DNA of 64,000 nt from Nitrospirales bacterium. Its GTDB lineage: Bacteria > Nitrospirota > Nitrospiria > Nitrospirales > UBA8639. Position numbers and translations under genes: made by a program. The DNA lies in assembly GCA_965203295.1 (NCBI GenBank), contig CBDBCZ010000014.1:256001-320000 (forward strand), written 5' to 3'. Below are positions 1 to 37,906 of the stretch, in pieces (within the stretch, counting starts at the first letter, position 1; each line of letters begins with the position of its first letter). The notes below the pieces were generated by a model. That model did no database searches, had not been told where the DNA came from, and worked only from the letters and a program-made list of their open reading frames with translations.

Positions 1-84
1 GTCCATACATGTGCTTCACCCTGACCAGTTCTTATGTGCATGTACATGGGTCACGCATGGGTCAAGTGTATCCACACACAAATT

Positions 85-181
<97 letters not shown>

Positions 182-293
182 CCAATCTTGAGTATAGGAT
201 ATGCAATTATAAATTTTGTTACTCATACTATTATAATAACAGATTCACTGTCCAATACTGTCAAGCTCGATATTTGTCACTTTGGTCTCTTAG

Positions 294-2726
294 ATTTGGT
301 TCTTTGACGGCAATGTGGAATGCTACCAAGATGTTCATCTCCTGCTGACCATCATTTCGGTATTCGTTCTCATCTTTCTGGGCATGTTAATCCCGATCGT
401 CGCACTGATCATCTATTATGACAAGATTGCTTACAAGGTACATACCGTATTTCCGCAATCAGACGCCGCCCTCGATTAGTAGCCGCCCTCGAATTATAGC
501 TGCACCTCCGGAAGTGCTGAACGAAATAGTGGCCGCCCTCGATTAGTAGCCGCGGCTAAAATTCAAGTACCGTGGTAGGAATATGCAAGAAGGTGTAGCA
601 ACTACAGTAAAAGTAGAGTAATACTTGACTTTGCTAGCTAACAGTTGTCGGACCTCACTTTGGTTTCTTCGAGGTTGCGAAGGGATCGGAGCCCGACGGA
701 GGCTGCCCGCGAATCTATATTTTCGACATCTCTCCCCTCAAAAAACAGCTGGCATTGTAGCGTGACGGCTTTTTGATAGTGTTGAGGCACGAACGCCGAT
801 TTTCAAACGGATTTAAACTGCTGTTGTGCATCGCTGTGTAACCAGTAAACCGCTCAATCTAATAAACACCGCCCTCGATTAGTGGCCGCCCTCGAATAGT
901 GGCCGCGGAAAATCGCGCGATGAAATAAATAGTAGCCGCGGCGTCTGATCGCGGAAATACGGTATACGTAAATGTAAAAGTATGTAAGCAGTGACCCCGT
1001 CACAGTGTTTTCGCCTCCTTTAAATTCTCTCAGCAATATTAGCAAATTTCAGTAGCTTGTCCTGAAAGTGTCAGTATGTAACCATCTTTCCTTCGCAGTT
1101 TCCAATTTTTGATCGCCTGGAAAGGTGCTCCAAGGCAATAACACGAGGACTCAAGCCAGAGTTCCAATGGTGGCCAATACAGGAACTCATCACGAGATAC
1201 ATATTTGTCATTGCTGTTGTGCTATCTCCTGGGCTCAGGGTAAGTGATTTGCAGTAATCGTGCCTCCAATTTACAATTAAATTGTGACTTTCATGTGTTT
1301 CATAGCCTAAGTAGCACACAGGACTTACTGTCCCATATAGCTATATAGTAGCATGAGTGTTCAGTAGACCGGTAGGGGCTCATACATTTTGTACAAATTC
1401 ACTTGTTCTACCTCATGGACTCGAGGTAAGTGGCCAACGAAAGATGTAGAACAGTACATAACATGAAAGTTCGTACACCTTTCCGTATTGAAGCTGTGTA
1501 CCTGGGGACAAATCTACTATGTAGTTAAGTGTGTAGCATCTGATATTAGCGGTAGTACGCAAACAACATTGGGTACTCATATAAATTGGTGTATGATGCA
1601 TCATGTGTTCAACCACATAATATGTGAGAAAATACTATTATACGCGGTTATACGTATTATTTGCCAAGAATCACTTATTATGAATTTTGGCACAGTTATA
1701 TAAGTGCAAGTTTGAAATTCATACGCTGTTCCGTTTTGAAGCTGTGGACCCGAGTACACCCTCCTCATAACAAGTGGCCACTTACACTATTATTATTATT
1801 ATTATTATGCCAGTCAGTCTTGATCTTTTTGCAGAGCTGCTGTGATGTGTAATAATAATATTTCCTGCAGACACTACCTCTGGCTCTGTCACTGGTATTG
1901 GTCACTCTGCATACATTTGTTCATCCGTACATGGACTGGAAAGCCAATTACACTGAATCTCTAGTCATGGTAACCCTGGTGATCATCCTGGCCTTGGGCA
2001 ACACAAGCCCACTGGTTGAAATAACTAGAAATGTGAAGAAGTTCACTCTGTGGCCTCTGTTATACCTACCAGTCATAGTGGGTGCTGGATATGTGCTGGT
2101 TCTTTTCACCTATTACTTATGGTAGGTATTTGCAGCGTAGCTACTTCTGTAATCGATCGAAAAGTTATTGCTCTTGGTACGCAGTGAGTACAGTAGGAAG
2201 TGGTTGAATACAATTGCTAAAAAATGCACTCAAAAAAAACTTGTTTTTGCATACATGTAGTATACATGCTGCTTGGTGATTAATGCTAACTATAGCCTCA
2301 TACAATAGCACACATCCAGGCCAATCATACAATGTATGTAGCATAAACAAGTCTGACATTACATGTCTAAAAACCAGCCGGGAAATTTGTACAATACACG
2401 CCAACTGACCGTAATGATAATGACCGTCCTACAACAGCTAGTGAATTGAAACATCTGTACTCATTTTTCTTTTCAGGAAGTGGTTATCAAGTCAAAAAAA
2501 AAGAAAAGAAGAGTCCACTGATAATAATATTGCTCGAAGCTTTACAGCATCCTTCAGTGCCTTGCATAGAGCTTGGAGGGTCCGAACTGTGACAACCACA
2601 ACTGTCTCTTTAACTGATCATGGAACAGATAGTGATGATGATGATGGCGATGATGAGGATGATGGTTATGATAGTGGTAGTAGACAATCCAGGACCTTTA
2701 CTGATAGTGTGCCGAGTAGCTTATAA
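294..2726 (+). CDS. 3' exons of a multipass membrane protein (5' part lies outside the window)
   Basis: Phase-compatible GT-AG exons: 294-437 (IWFFDGNVECYQDVHLLLTIISVFVLIFLGMLIPIVALIIYYDKIAYK), 1099-1239 (FPIFDRLERCSKAITRGLKPEFQWWPIQELITRYIFVIAVVLSPGLR), 1871-2121 (TLPLALSLVLVTLHTFVHPYMDWKANYTESLVMV...), and 2477-2726 (acidic tail ending in TAA). About five hydrophobic helices. The W-x-x-DGN and PY..W..N..E motifs resemble the large multipass protein families expanded in sponges and cnidarians. Confidence 0.8.
445..962. mobile_element. Tc1/mariner (pogo-like) MITE
   Basis: TIRs CCGTATTTCCGC(A)ATCAGACGCCGC ... GCGGCGTCTGATCGCGGAAATACGG, flanking TA on both sides, and subterminal tagtrgccgccctcga repeats. 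Sits 7 nt into an intron. Confidence 0.88.
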
Positions 2727-3828
2727 CTATTATAGCAACACTTTTTACTATCTGGTTATGGATGTCAGGGTCTACTATTAGTTGTATAACTTCATGTATA
2801 CCTACATACACAATGTCATGTATTGAAGTTACTACGTATTGTGCAAAATATTTTTATTGGTAAAAAAAAATCAGTTGCATTGTAGGGGTTAATTAATGTA
2901 ATACAAAAAAAAATCGTCCAAACATGGTAATAAGGACACCTCATTACCCACCTCCTCTGTACTGAGCCCCACCCCCCTGTACTGGGAAACAGGCTATAGC
3001 GCTAGATAGGGAGTTAGCCCTACCCCTTTGTACTGAACCCAACCCCCTCAGTGCTGGGAACTGGTACATTTTATAGCCTGGTGTGTTTTGTGTGGTTTCT
3101 TGGAAAAATCACATTCGCAACATCCGGCAAGTATAAATATATATATCCACCCTCACCAAATGGATGAAGGGCGGACTAGTACATAGTTGGGGTAGAGCTT
3201 GACGGGGTGTGGCAGTTGCTAACATCCCTGTTCATTGTTAATGCAAGTTTATGGAGAATGCGGGAGTACATGTGCATTGGCTGGACAGGGGAGGTAGGTG
3301 AAATGCAGGTGACAACAGTGGTAGTGTGACAAATGGGAACTATTAAATTTTTCCTAGGCAGCATGATGTTGCACCGTATATTGTGTTGGTGACTGTTAGT
3401 AGGTGCTAGTGTCTGTTATAGTTTACGAGTGTGTAGAGCTAGGTGTTTCTGTATACCGGTAGATATAAGTTGTAGCAAGATGGGCCACAGCTAGCCCCAG
3501 TTTTCAAGTCAAAGAAACACAATTTGACTCTTAATTTGAATTGGATGATGGTGCACTTTTCGCATACATGTATGCATTACTCAACTGGAGGATGCTAAAG
3601 TTGCAGCCAAAGACTGTGAAGAAGGGAAACATCTGTTCTAAACTTTACAATTTATGGGGGGAGGAGTGTAGCACTAGCATTATTGGAGTTAATATTTTAG
3701 TTTATGGTATTTGTGACTCTTGACCATTAGCACAAGTATACACTGCAGACTGTTGCTATATATTCACTACTATAAGTGAAGGTAACAGGTGGTTACTCTC
3801 AAGACAGTTCTCTAGAACTAGGGATCAT

Positions 3829-3886
3829 TAGCCTTGAACCCAGCTGTCCCAGCAAAATAAAGCTGGGACGGCTGGGTTTGAGGCTA
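3829..3886. mobile_element. 58-bp miniature TAG...CTA element (AcademH-like)
   Basis: Imperfect hairpin TAGCCTTGAACCCAGC...GCTGGGTTTGAGGCTA flanked by a 9-bp direct repeat, agggatcat. Confidence 0.75.
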
Positions 3887-4390
3887 AGGGATCATTCTAT
3901 TATGAATTTGGCTTTTTTATTTTTAGCATTTTCAGTAACCTCTTTTTTTTAACCTTTTCATTAGCCTCTTTTACCTCTGCCTCTGCATAGATACAGCCAA
4001 TACAGAGTACTTAAATGCGTAATACATAAGCCATGCAGAGACAAGGAAATGCAGACTTCTACTTTAAGATTCTACCAAAATACCCACTGGTTATTCTAAT
4101 CCTAGAGAACTGTCTCGGGGTAGCCTTCACTTGTAGTCTCAACTGTTACTGAAAGAATAGTTGTTATCCCAATTGAACACACTTATTGAATTAATATCGG
4201 ATACAACCTGCAGACCCTCAGCTTTGGCCCATAAATACTGCCGCGATTAAAGACCACGGCATTTAAATAAACCATGTAGCATTTTTTCTGTAATTTTAAG
4301 TTTTAACATACTACATCTATACACAGTGGCTAATATCATAGATAGCATCTATGCTTATATGTGGTCATAAATTGCTAGCACTCTCCCCAA

Positions 4391-14081
<9,691 letters not shown>

Positions 14082-14850
14082 GGCTGACTCGCGCAAACAT
14101 CCAGTCGCTCCGCCAAATTATCAAGATCGACAGGAAGTTAAAAACGTAAGCACACATTCCAATATAATTAACGGCATCAACACAAGTTGCAATATCATGG
14201 GAACGCCCAGCTTTAAACCCAATGCTAACCCTACGACCCTTACCCTAAAAGGTCAGACCATGGGTCCGAGGTCTGGGCACGAGACTGAAGCCATGCGTTT
14301 ACGTTAATGTCATTTTGGTCTCGTGCCTTGCCAAAATTTCCGTCATTTTAATGTAGCCAGCCGTTCACTATAGGCTTGCAGCAGATGAGAGTGTGGGTCG
14401 AGGCCAGCAATTGGGCAAGTATACCATCCATCAAATGCCATTCATCCCACTCCATTTGTTCAACGCTCTCGTCCCACGCGACACTAGAGGGTGTGGCTTG
14501 CGGGACTCTGTTCTCGTCACAGTAGTCTCGTGCCCAGCCGGAAATTTCACCATGGATAATTCCGAGCGAAGCGAGGCTATACTCCGGTTCCATTGACCTT
14601 TTTCGTCGTCGTCGTCATGGTCCACGTCCCTCCCAGCCACTTCTCCAGACATATAGCCTACCAAACTCGCAGCAAACACTTACCTTCGTTACAGAACTCT
14701 GTACGAGAGACTTGGAAGCGCTCACTATTACACCGGGCCTGCTTCAGCCTGTGGTCTTCCAGGCGCAATATTACACATAGCCATTTTTTATTTGGGGTTG
14801 TAGGCGTGCCTTGTTACGCTTGACCTTTTCTGCTTGGTATGTGTGCCACA

Positions 14851-14903
14851 AAATATATGTGGCGCGACATAAAAATGTTTATCTATCAATCTATCTATCT
14901 ATA
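14851..14903 (+). mobile_element. Extremely 5'-truncated LINE insertion (3' tail only)
   Basis: gtggcgcgacataaaaatgttt(atct)n flanked by direct repeat tgtgccaca (14842-14850 and 14904-14912). Resembles the 3' end of the LINE at 23842-26863. Confidence 0.6.
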
Positions 14904-16488
14904 TGTGCCACACCCAGCAATTCTCGCGAAGTGAGGACATCCCTGCACATTGTGTATCACTAGTATAGTACACGTGTACTATATTATCCATGGATGCATT
15001 TACCGCGTACCTGAAATTTTGCACAGCAAGTGAGTTGGACGGTCGTATCCAAGCTTCTGGAACGCTTCTAGAAAATCTCGATGGAGTCGAAGAACTAAAA
15101 CTCTATTGGGAACGGCCGTAGCTCCCAGACAGAAATTAGCCTACGACTAGATAAAGAGCGATCTCATTGGTTAGTGCGGGCCGCGGTTAAATTCTACCGC
15201 GAATGTGAGAAAATCTTGCCAGACGGACTTTCCGTGAAATCATGGATATTATAGTACACGTGTACTATATTATCCATGATGCATCACGCTGTGATGTGTG
15301 GGTAGTCTGTGCACGCCTTAAGCTTCCGGTGTGCATTGTCGCTTGTTTCGTTGGTTTTTGGGGAAGTGTTTTTGCTGGAAGTGCATCCCTACATGACTGG
15401 CTTGTGCACTTTTTGGAAAGTGCTTTTTCTGTAACTTAGGATATAGGATCGGGAGCAGACACGATCTGCTAGCGAAACCTGCCCAGTGCCGCGAGCTGAT
15501 GGTGTTAAGCTACTGGTAACTGTAGCACTGAATGAACATGTATTAAAGTGTACAGTGCATAGTGGGGCCATATTATCTATGGACTGAAATAGTAACTTGA
15601 AGAATTAATTGCTGTCAGTATGTTCTAAGGTCTCTGCTGAAGAGTGATGAGGTCCATCGTCCTCTTGTAGTAGAGCAGGAGCATCGGAGTGTAGTGCCAG
15701 CAAGCACTAAAGAACGCTATATTACACACGATGGACCTTTTCAACAAACCTTACATTCTGTTGGTTTGCTAGCTCAAAAACACAGCGGTTCCTCTCCCGT
15801 TCAGGCTGTCACTGAAGCTTCATATACGCACGTGCACGTGTTAAAGAAATTTATAGCAAGGGCGCAAATATAGAACATTGTGCATAGTTCCGGCACGGAC
15901 AGACAAAAAGCCCCAATTAAAATAACATTGTGCATTGCAAGTCATTTACAACAATTATAAATAACACAGTTTAAGTGTACATATACACTGTATTACAACT
16001 TCAGGTACAGCGGGGAATCAGTTACAAGTATATGTAGTACAACTCCAATATGTTTAGGTACATGCACTGTTTTGTCTCTACCGAAATGGCCAGACTTACT
16101 GATTTCTTCTCTTCTCTTCCATTCATGATCCATTACTTTGGCTCCTGCAAATATAATATGCATGAAGATTTATTAAAAGGACTACACTTCATGGATGCAT
16201 GACTTGGCTTTTCGCCTGACCGCTTGTTTCTTAATCTCTATAAGTTCATACTATATGCGCTCAGCTTGTAACTATACCCTTTTGACGATAAAAATAATCC
16301 GCTGTTACCCATTTAGTTTCTCCATCACAGACAACCCACAGATAAAAACAGCAGTGTGCTGCCCATGTAGATCTGATATTGTCAATTGTAATGAGATTAG
16401 CATTACTCCACAGCTGGTACGTACATTACTGGAAGTAGTATAGCATGCTTCTCAGCCAGGCATTAAAATACCCTTTTGTTAAGATTTC

Positions 16489-23104
<6,616 letters not shown>

Positions 23105-23841
23105 GGCTGACTCGCGCAAACATCCAGTCGCTCCGCCAAATTATCAAGATCGACAGGAAGTTAAAAGCGTAAGCACACATTCCAATATAATTAACGGCAT
23201 CAACACAAGTTGCAATATCATGGGAACGCCCAGCTTTAAACCCAATGCTAACCCTACGACCCTTACCCGAGGTCTGGGCATGAGACTGAAGCCATGCGTT
23301 TATGTTCATGTCATTTTGATCTCGTGCCTTGCCAAAATTTCCGTCATTTTAATGTAGCCAGCCGTTCACTATAGGCTTGCAGCAGATGAGAGTGTGGGTC
23401 GAGGCCAGCAATTGGGCAAGTATACCATCCATCAAATGCCATTCATCCCACTCCATTTGTTCAACGCTCTCGTCCCACGCGACACTAGAGGGTGTGGCTT
23501 GCGGGACTCTGTTCTCGTCACAGTCCAGCCGGAAATTTCACCATGGAGCGAAGCGAGGCTATACTCCGGTTCCATTGACCTTTTTCGTCGTCGTCGTCAT
23601 GGTCCACGTCCCTCCCAGCCACTTCTCCAGACATATAGCCTACCAAACTCGCAGCAAACACTTACCTTCGTTACAGAACTCTGTACGAGAGACTTGGAAG
23701 CGCTCACTATTACACCGGGCCTGCTTCAGCCTGTGGTCTTCCAGGCGCAATATTACACATAGCCATTTTTTATTTGGGGTTGTAGGCGTGCCCTGTTACG
23801 CTTGACCTTTTCTGCTTGGTAGGTGTGCCACAAAATGTATG

Positions 23842-26800
23842 ATAGATAGATAGATAATCATTTTTACGTCCCACCACATGGCAGCAGGCCAAATACGGCC
23901 TATGAGACCACACAAAAGAATACAATATGTACAAAAGGATAAGATTATATGGAGAGAGAATAAGGAATATAAGAGAAGAGGGATAGGGTGAGAGTGCGGT
24001 AATAGAGCTAACGATTTTTTTTTTTTTCTTTGTTTTTTTTTTTTTTTTTTTTTTCAACACTGAACGAGGACCAAGACCACACCATATCTAAATTACACAA
24101 TAGACATAAGGACTGGTATGAAGAGTAGATACAGTAAACACATAATACATAAAACCTGTTAAGACTATAAAGGAGCACTATCGCAAAAACTTTACATTGA
24201 GTTGGATGGAGTATACAAAACAGGATTTATAGGGCAACAAGAAAGAGAATGATCTTACTAAAGTATGATGGGTTCCAGAATGAAGATTCTGCTATGGTAC
24301 ATATACGTAATGTGAATAGAGATATTGCTGTATAATCTGATTCGATGAACACGGTGCAGGGCCATTGGCAGATGCATACAAGAGCATGAGGTTCTAGTAG
24401 AGCACCCAGCAAAAACATAAAGGAGCATTTATTGCAAAGTTCTAACTGGATTGGTGGAATATAAACACCTGGATTTGAAAAAGGGCAACAGTGAACTTTC
24501 CAAAGTAGTGAGAAATATTCCACTATGGCACATAATGTGTGTGATATGTACAGATCGAGTATAAACTGATTTGGTGATGGTGTTTCAGCTAATAAGAGTA
24601 TATGAGGTTCTGGTGAAGCACATGTTAAAAACATAAGGTGGAATATAAAAATTTGAAAAGGGGGCAACAAGTGAGCGAGTGATCTTTGAGAGGTAGTGCG
24701 TACAGAGATATTGCTAGCATAAAACTTATTTCATAAAGACGGTGCGGGTCCTTTTAGTGTGTTTTTTTTTTTTTTTTTTTTTCTTTTCTTTTCTTTTATA
24801 GTTAGCTTTAGGGAGGTAGTATATAGAAGAAGGGAGAGAAGGGGAGAAGGAAGAGAAGGAGGGAGGTGAGGGGGAATGAAGAGATGAAAGAGGAAGAGAG
24901 TAAGGTGATAAGGGTAGGGGGAGGTTACAGATTCTAAAGAACAGAAAGGAAAAATAATAATAATAATAATAATAAAATACCAATAAAAAGGACGATCAGG
25001 GAACAAACATGCATAAAAGATTAACAAGCAGAATGCGGGTAATGGATACTAATTAATGGGAACCACATAACAGAGACTTCCTGAGGATAAACATTTCATT
25101 TATAGCCTTGCCTATGTCCAAAGACTGAGAGCAGGATTGCAGCAGAAGGATGGTTCTGTTTATTGGGCTCATTGCAAAGAAGCTTGCACTGTCCATTCCC
25201 CAGAAACTGATTGCCACTGCATACATTTTTAAACGAGATTCTAACAGGGGGACACATGAGTTGAGAAAGTGACACTCATCTCCAACTCCCTTCTGGCATA
25301 TTTGACAAATCCTTTGTTGTAATGGTGTTTTGGGGGTTCTGTATCGCCCAGATTCGACTTCTAATGGGAGACATCCACACCTCAGTAATGTTATGATCCT
25401 GCGACGGTTTATGCAGGTTACCTCCATATATGGTTCAGGACATGGCTCGTGTTTTATTTGGCGATAGTAGAATAGACGGCCACCAGACTCCGATCGTGGA
25501 GGGATGACGTTGACTGCCTCCGCCCACTCGGTCATTTCCTCCTCCATAATAGCTTCCCACAGTTTGCTGGGCTGCTGTGGCTGTTGTGGCGGCAGATGCA
25601 GAGAGTTCAGGAGAGAGGCCGTCCGGCTTGCCCAGTTTGACACACCTGAGTCTGCAAGGGACTTACTCCAAGCATATATCAAACTGGTCACCCTATCACC
25701 TGGCATTTCTAGTAAGCGGCAGTGGAACTTCAAAATATTAAATTTAACAGTGGCTCTAAAAGGAACCCACCCCGTTTCTCCAAATAATCCAACGATTGGG
25801 CAAGCCTTCCCCACCCCCAGGAAAAATCTTAAGGCTTTATATTGTACCCCAAGTATCTCAGAAAACTGTTTGTGGCCCCAGATGAAGGAATTTGCCATTA
25901 CAATGGATTGCACTAATTGATTAAAGAGTAACGTATATGACTTGAAATGTAATCCCCCACAGCTTCTAACTCGATAATTAAGGAGGTCAAGAGCTCTGTT
26001 AGCCTTCCTACTTATCTCCCGTACCATGGCACCCCAGTCCAGATGCTCATTCACTAGTAAACCTAAATACTTGTATTCATTTGCATACTGAATGTCTCCG
26101 TTATTGAATTTAAAGCAGAAAGTAGACCTTGGCCTAGATTTTAATCTCTTCCGGAAGTGAATGATCTTAGTTTTAGTGAGGTTTAAACCCATTTCCCACC
26201 CCTCACACCATTTAGCTACTGTATTAATTAGACCCTGTAGATTTCTCTCACTTGGGGCAATCAACACTATATCATCCGCGTAAAGTAGTGTGGATAACAT
26301 CCCACCATTAATGTCTATCCCCAAGTTCTGTGCAAGCAGATCTGCCGACAAGTCGTCAATAAACATAGCAAATAGCGTTGGAGACAATATACACCCTTGC
26401 TTGACCCCACTGTGGACTTCAAAATAGTCAGTGAGGGAGTGATTGATATCTACTGAGCATAGAACATTGTCATAAAGCGTCCTTAAGGCATACAAGAAGG
26501 TACCATTGATATTATATCTAACTGATAGCTTGTGCCACAGTAGCTTTCTGTTCACGCAGTCGAAAGCTTTCCTAAAATCGATAAAACATACAAATGTATC
26601 TTTCTTACGACCCATACGATTTTCAATTGATGACAGGAGAGAGAAGATGTGGTCTTGGCAGCACCTTTCACTTCGAAATCCATTCTGCTCATCACAAAGG
26701 CCATTGTTCTCATCAAGCCACACTGTTAGTCTATTATTTAAAATCCTACAATATGATTTTGCTACGAAGGATTGAAGAGATATGCCCCTGTAGTCTCCTG

Positions 26801-26863
26801 GAACTTGTGAATTCGCCTTAGCTTTGGGTATTGGTTTAATGACCGCCCTAGACCATGTTCCTG
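23842..26863 (-). mobile_element. 5'-truncated LINE (L2/CR1-group-like) with an intact RT frame, about 1.2-kb 3' UTR and (TATC)n tail
   Basis: ORF 26879-25053 has YRGISL, QNGFR, FIDFRKAFD, GVKQGCILSPTLF, LLYADD, YKYLG and a C-terminal LRCG..GRY..CxxC..E.HF motif. No endonuclease is present. The empty site is visible in the paralogous spacer at about 14857, and gtatg is duplicated at both ends. Confidence 0.93.
25053..26863 (-). CDS. LINE reverse transcriptase, partial ORF2
   Basis: Uninterrupted frame with canonical non-LTR RT motifs. The ATG at 26879 lies in flanking DNA, not in the element. Confidence 0.85.
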
Positions 26864-28788
26864 GTATGTGGCGCGACATAAAAATGTTTATCTATCAATC
26901 TATCTATCTATATGTGCCACACCCAGCAATTCTCGCGAAGTGAGGACATCCCTGCACATTGTGTATCACTAGTATAGTACACGTGTACTATATTATCCAT
27001 GGATGCATTTACCGCGTACCTGAAATTTTGCACAGCAAGTGAGTTGGACGGTCGTATTCAAGCTTCTGGAACGCTTCTAGAATGGCTATATAAATATTAG
27101 GCTCTTCAAAATCTCGATGGAGTCGAAGAACTAAAACTCTATTGGGAACGGCCGTAGCTCCCAGACAGAAATTAGCCTACGACTAGATAAAGAGCGATCT
27201 CATTGGTTAGTGCGGGCCGCTGTTAAATTCTACCGCGAATGTGAGAAAATCTTGCCAGAAATACTTTCCGTGAAATCATGGATATTATAGTACACGTGTA
27301 CTATATTATCCATGATGCATCACGCTGTGATGTGTGGGTAGTCTGTGCACGCCTTAAGCTTCCGGTGTGCATTGTCGCTTGTTTCGTTGGTTTTTGGGGA
27401 AGTGTTTTTTGCTGGAAGTGCATCCCTACATGACTGGCTTGTGCACTTTTTGGAAAGTGCTTTTTCTGTAACTTAGGATATAGGATCGGGAGCAGACACG
27501 ATCTGCTAGCGAAACCTGCCCAGTGCCGCGAGCTGATGGTGTTAAGCTACTGGTAACTGTAGCACTGAATGAACATGTATTAAAGTGTACAGTGCATGAG
27601 CAACAATACTAGTGATATGCAGGGCATAGTGGGGCCATATTATCTATGGACTGAAATAGTAACTTGAAGAATGAATTGCTGTCAGTATGTTCTAAGGTCT
27701 CTGCTGAAGAGTGATGAGGTCCATCGTCCTCTTGTAGTAGAGCAGGAGCATCGGAGTGTAGTGCCAGCAAGCACTAAAGAACGCTATTACGCACGATGGA
27801 CCTTTTCACAAGCACGTAAGTCAAAAATAAAGGAACTGTGTAGCTCTTTCCTTTCTTTTAACTATGACATCAAGCTCACTGGGCACAGTTGTGGCAAGCC
27901 ATATAGCGACAACAGAGGCAATACCCTGGGGCCGATTGATGACACCCATGTCTGGTAGCTACTGATATGCTATTTAGCTAGCAAACTATGCTGGTCTTCT
28001 AACAAACCTTACATTCTGTTGGTTTGCTAGCTCAAAAACACAGCGGTTCCTCTCCCGTTCAGGCTGTCACTGAAGCTTCATATACGCACGTGCACGTGTT
28101 AAAGAAATTTATAGCAAGGGCGCAAATATAGAACATTGTACATATAGTTCCGGCACGGACAGACAAAAATTCCAGAGTCAACTCGCTAGTGTGGGGCTCG
28201 CTCAGGCTCGCCCCAATTAAAATAACATTGTGCATTGCAAGTCATTTACAACAATTATAAATAACACAGTTTAAGTGTACATGTACACTGTATTACAACT
28301 TCAGGTACAGCGGGGAATCAGTTACAAGTATATGTAGTACAACTCCAATATGTTTAGGTACATGCACTGTTTTGTCTCTACCGAAATGGCCAGACTTACT
28401 GATTTCTTCTCTTCTCTTCCATTCATGATCCATTGCTTTGGCTCCTGCAAATATAATATGCATGAAGATTTATTAAAAGGACTTAACGCTTCATGGATGC
28501 ATGACTTGGCTTTTCGCCTGACCGCTTGTTTCTTAATCTATAAGTTCATACTATATGCACTCAGCTTGTAACTATACCCTCTTGACGATAAAAGTAATCC
28601 GCTGTTACCCATTTAGTTTCTCCATCACAGACAACCCACAGATAAAAACAGCAGTGTGCTGCCCATGTAGATCTGATATTGTCAATTGTAATGAGATTAG
28701 CATTACTCCGCAGCTGGTACGTACATTACTGGAAGTAGTATAGCATGCCTCTCAGCCAGGCATTAACATACCCTTTTGTTAAGATTTC

Positions 28789-36595
<7,807 letters not shown>

Positions 36596-36786
36596 GGCTC
36601 AACTCGCGCAATCATCCAGTCGCTCCGCCAAATGATCAAGATCGACAGGAAGTTAAAAACGTAAGCACACATTCCAATATAATTAACGGCACCAACACAA
36701 GTTGCAATATCATGGGAACTCCCAGCTCTAAACCCAATGCTAACCCTACGGGCCCCTACCCTAAAAGGTCAGACCATGGGTTCGAG

Positions 36787-37079
36787 TAGTCTCGCGTAGC
36801 CAGACTCTCGACGGGAAAGTTAGAGTCTGGTACAGACGCCGCAGTGGAACCGTCAATCTGGAATGCGGACGTTGTGCTATGACGACACAAGCAGACAATC
36901 AACGAAAGAGATCCGGCAGTGAACCTGCTATCTGATTGGTCAGACCATACCATTGACGTAATCTTTTCACAAAGCTTGAATCTGATTGGCTCGCAATGTG
37001 CATTGCGGGACAGACAAAATCATTACGGCGTCTGTACCAGACCCTCCGTTTAACGCGAGGGGCGGGGTCCCCCAGACTA
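36787..37079. mobile_element. Non-autonomous TAG...CTA element (AcademH-like)
   Basis: Ends tagtct...agacta; 9-bp TSD gggttcgag; empty site in copy A at 14262-14270. Confidence 0.75.
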
Positions 37080-37088
37080 GGGTTCGAG

Positions 37089-37139
37089 TAGTCTCGTTCC
37101 CAGCCCCACAATCAAGGCTAAGGGCTGGGAACGAGACTA
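37089..37139. mobile_element. 51-bp TAG...CTA mini-element (AcademH-like)
   Basis: TIR tagtctcgttcccagccc / gggctgggaacgagacta; 9-bp TSD gggttcgag. Confidence 0.8.
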
Positions 37140-37906
37140 GGGTTCGAGGTCTGGGCACGAGACTGAAGCCATGCGTTCACGTTCATGTCATTTTGGTCTC
37201 GTGCGCGTGCCTGGACTATTGTCATTTTAATGTAGCCAGCCGTTCACTATAGGCTTGCAGCAGATGAGAGTGTGGGTCGAGGCTAGCAAGTGGGCAAGTA
37301 TACCATCCATCAAATGCCATTCATGATCATCCCACGCCGTTTGACTTCGCTCTCGTCCCACGCGACATTAGAGGGTGTGGCTTCGCGGGACTTTGTTCTC
37401 GTCACAGCGGCCCACCGCGGATAGGATCGGGAGCGGACACGATCTGCTAGCGAAAACTACCCAATGCCGCGAGCTGATGGTGATATGTTACTGGTAAGTG
37501 TAGCACTGAATGAACATGTATTAAAGTGTACAGTGAGCAACACTATTAAAATTATATTGTACATAATTTACATGTACAGTGTATTACAACTCAGGTACTG
37601 CGGGGAATTAGTTACAGGTAGCACAACTCCAATATGTTTAGGTACATGTTTTGTCTCTCCCGAAATGGCCAGGCAATTCATCTGAATTGGAGGAATTTAC
37701 TGATTTCTTCTCTTCTCTTCTCTTCCCCTCAATGTTCCATTGCTTTGGCTCCTTATCATCCAGTGCACATAATTATATTATAAAAATATATGCAGATGAA
37801 ATATAACATGCATGAAGATTTATTAAAAAGATTAATAACCTTCATGGATGCATGACTTGGCTTTTTGCCTGATCGCTCGTTTCAAGATCTCTATAAGTTC
37901 ATACTG

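Noticed and set aside
14215..14250. taaccct-like motifs as interstitial telomere
   Set aside because: Only two or three degenerate units; not an array.
24015..24980. Poly-T, poly-purine and (AAT)n runs giving Lys- or Tyr-rich ORFs
   Set aside because: Low-complexity 3' UTR of the LINE.
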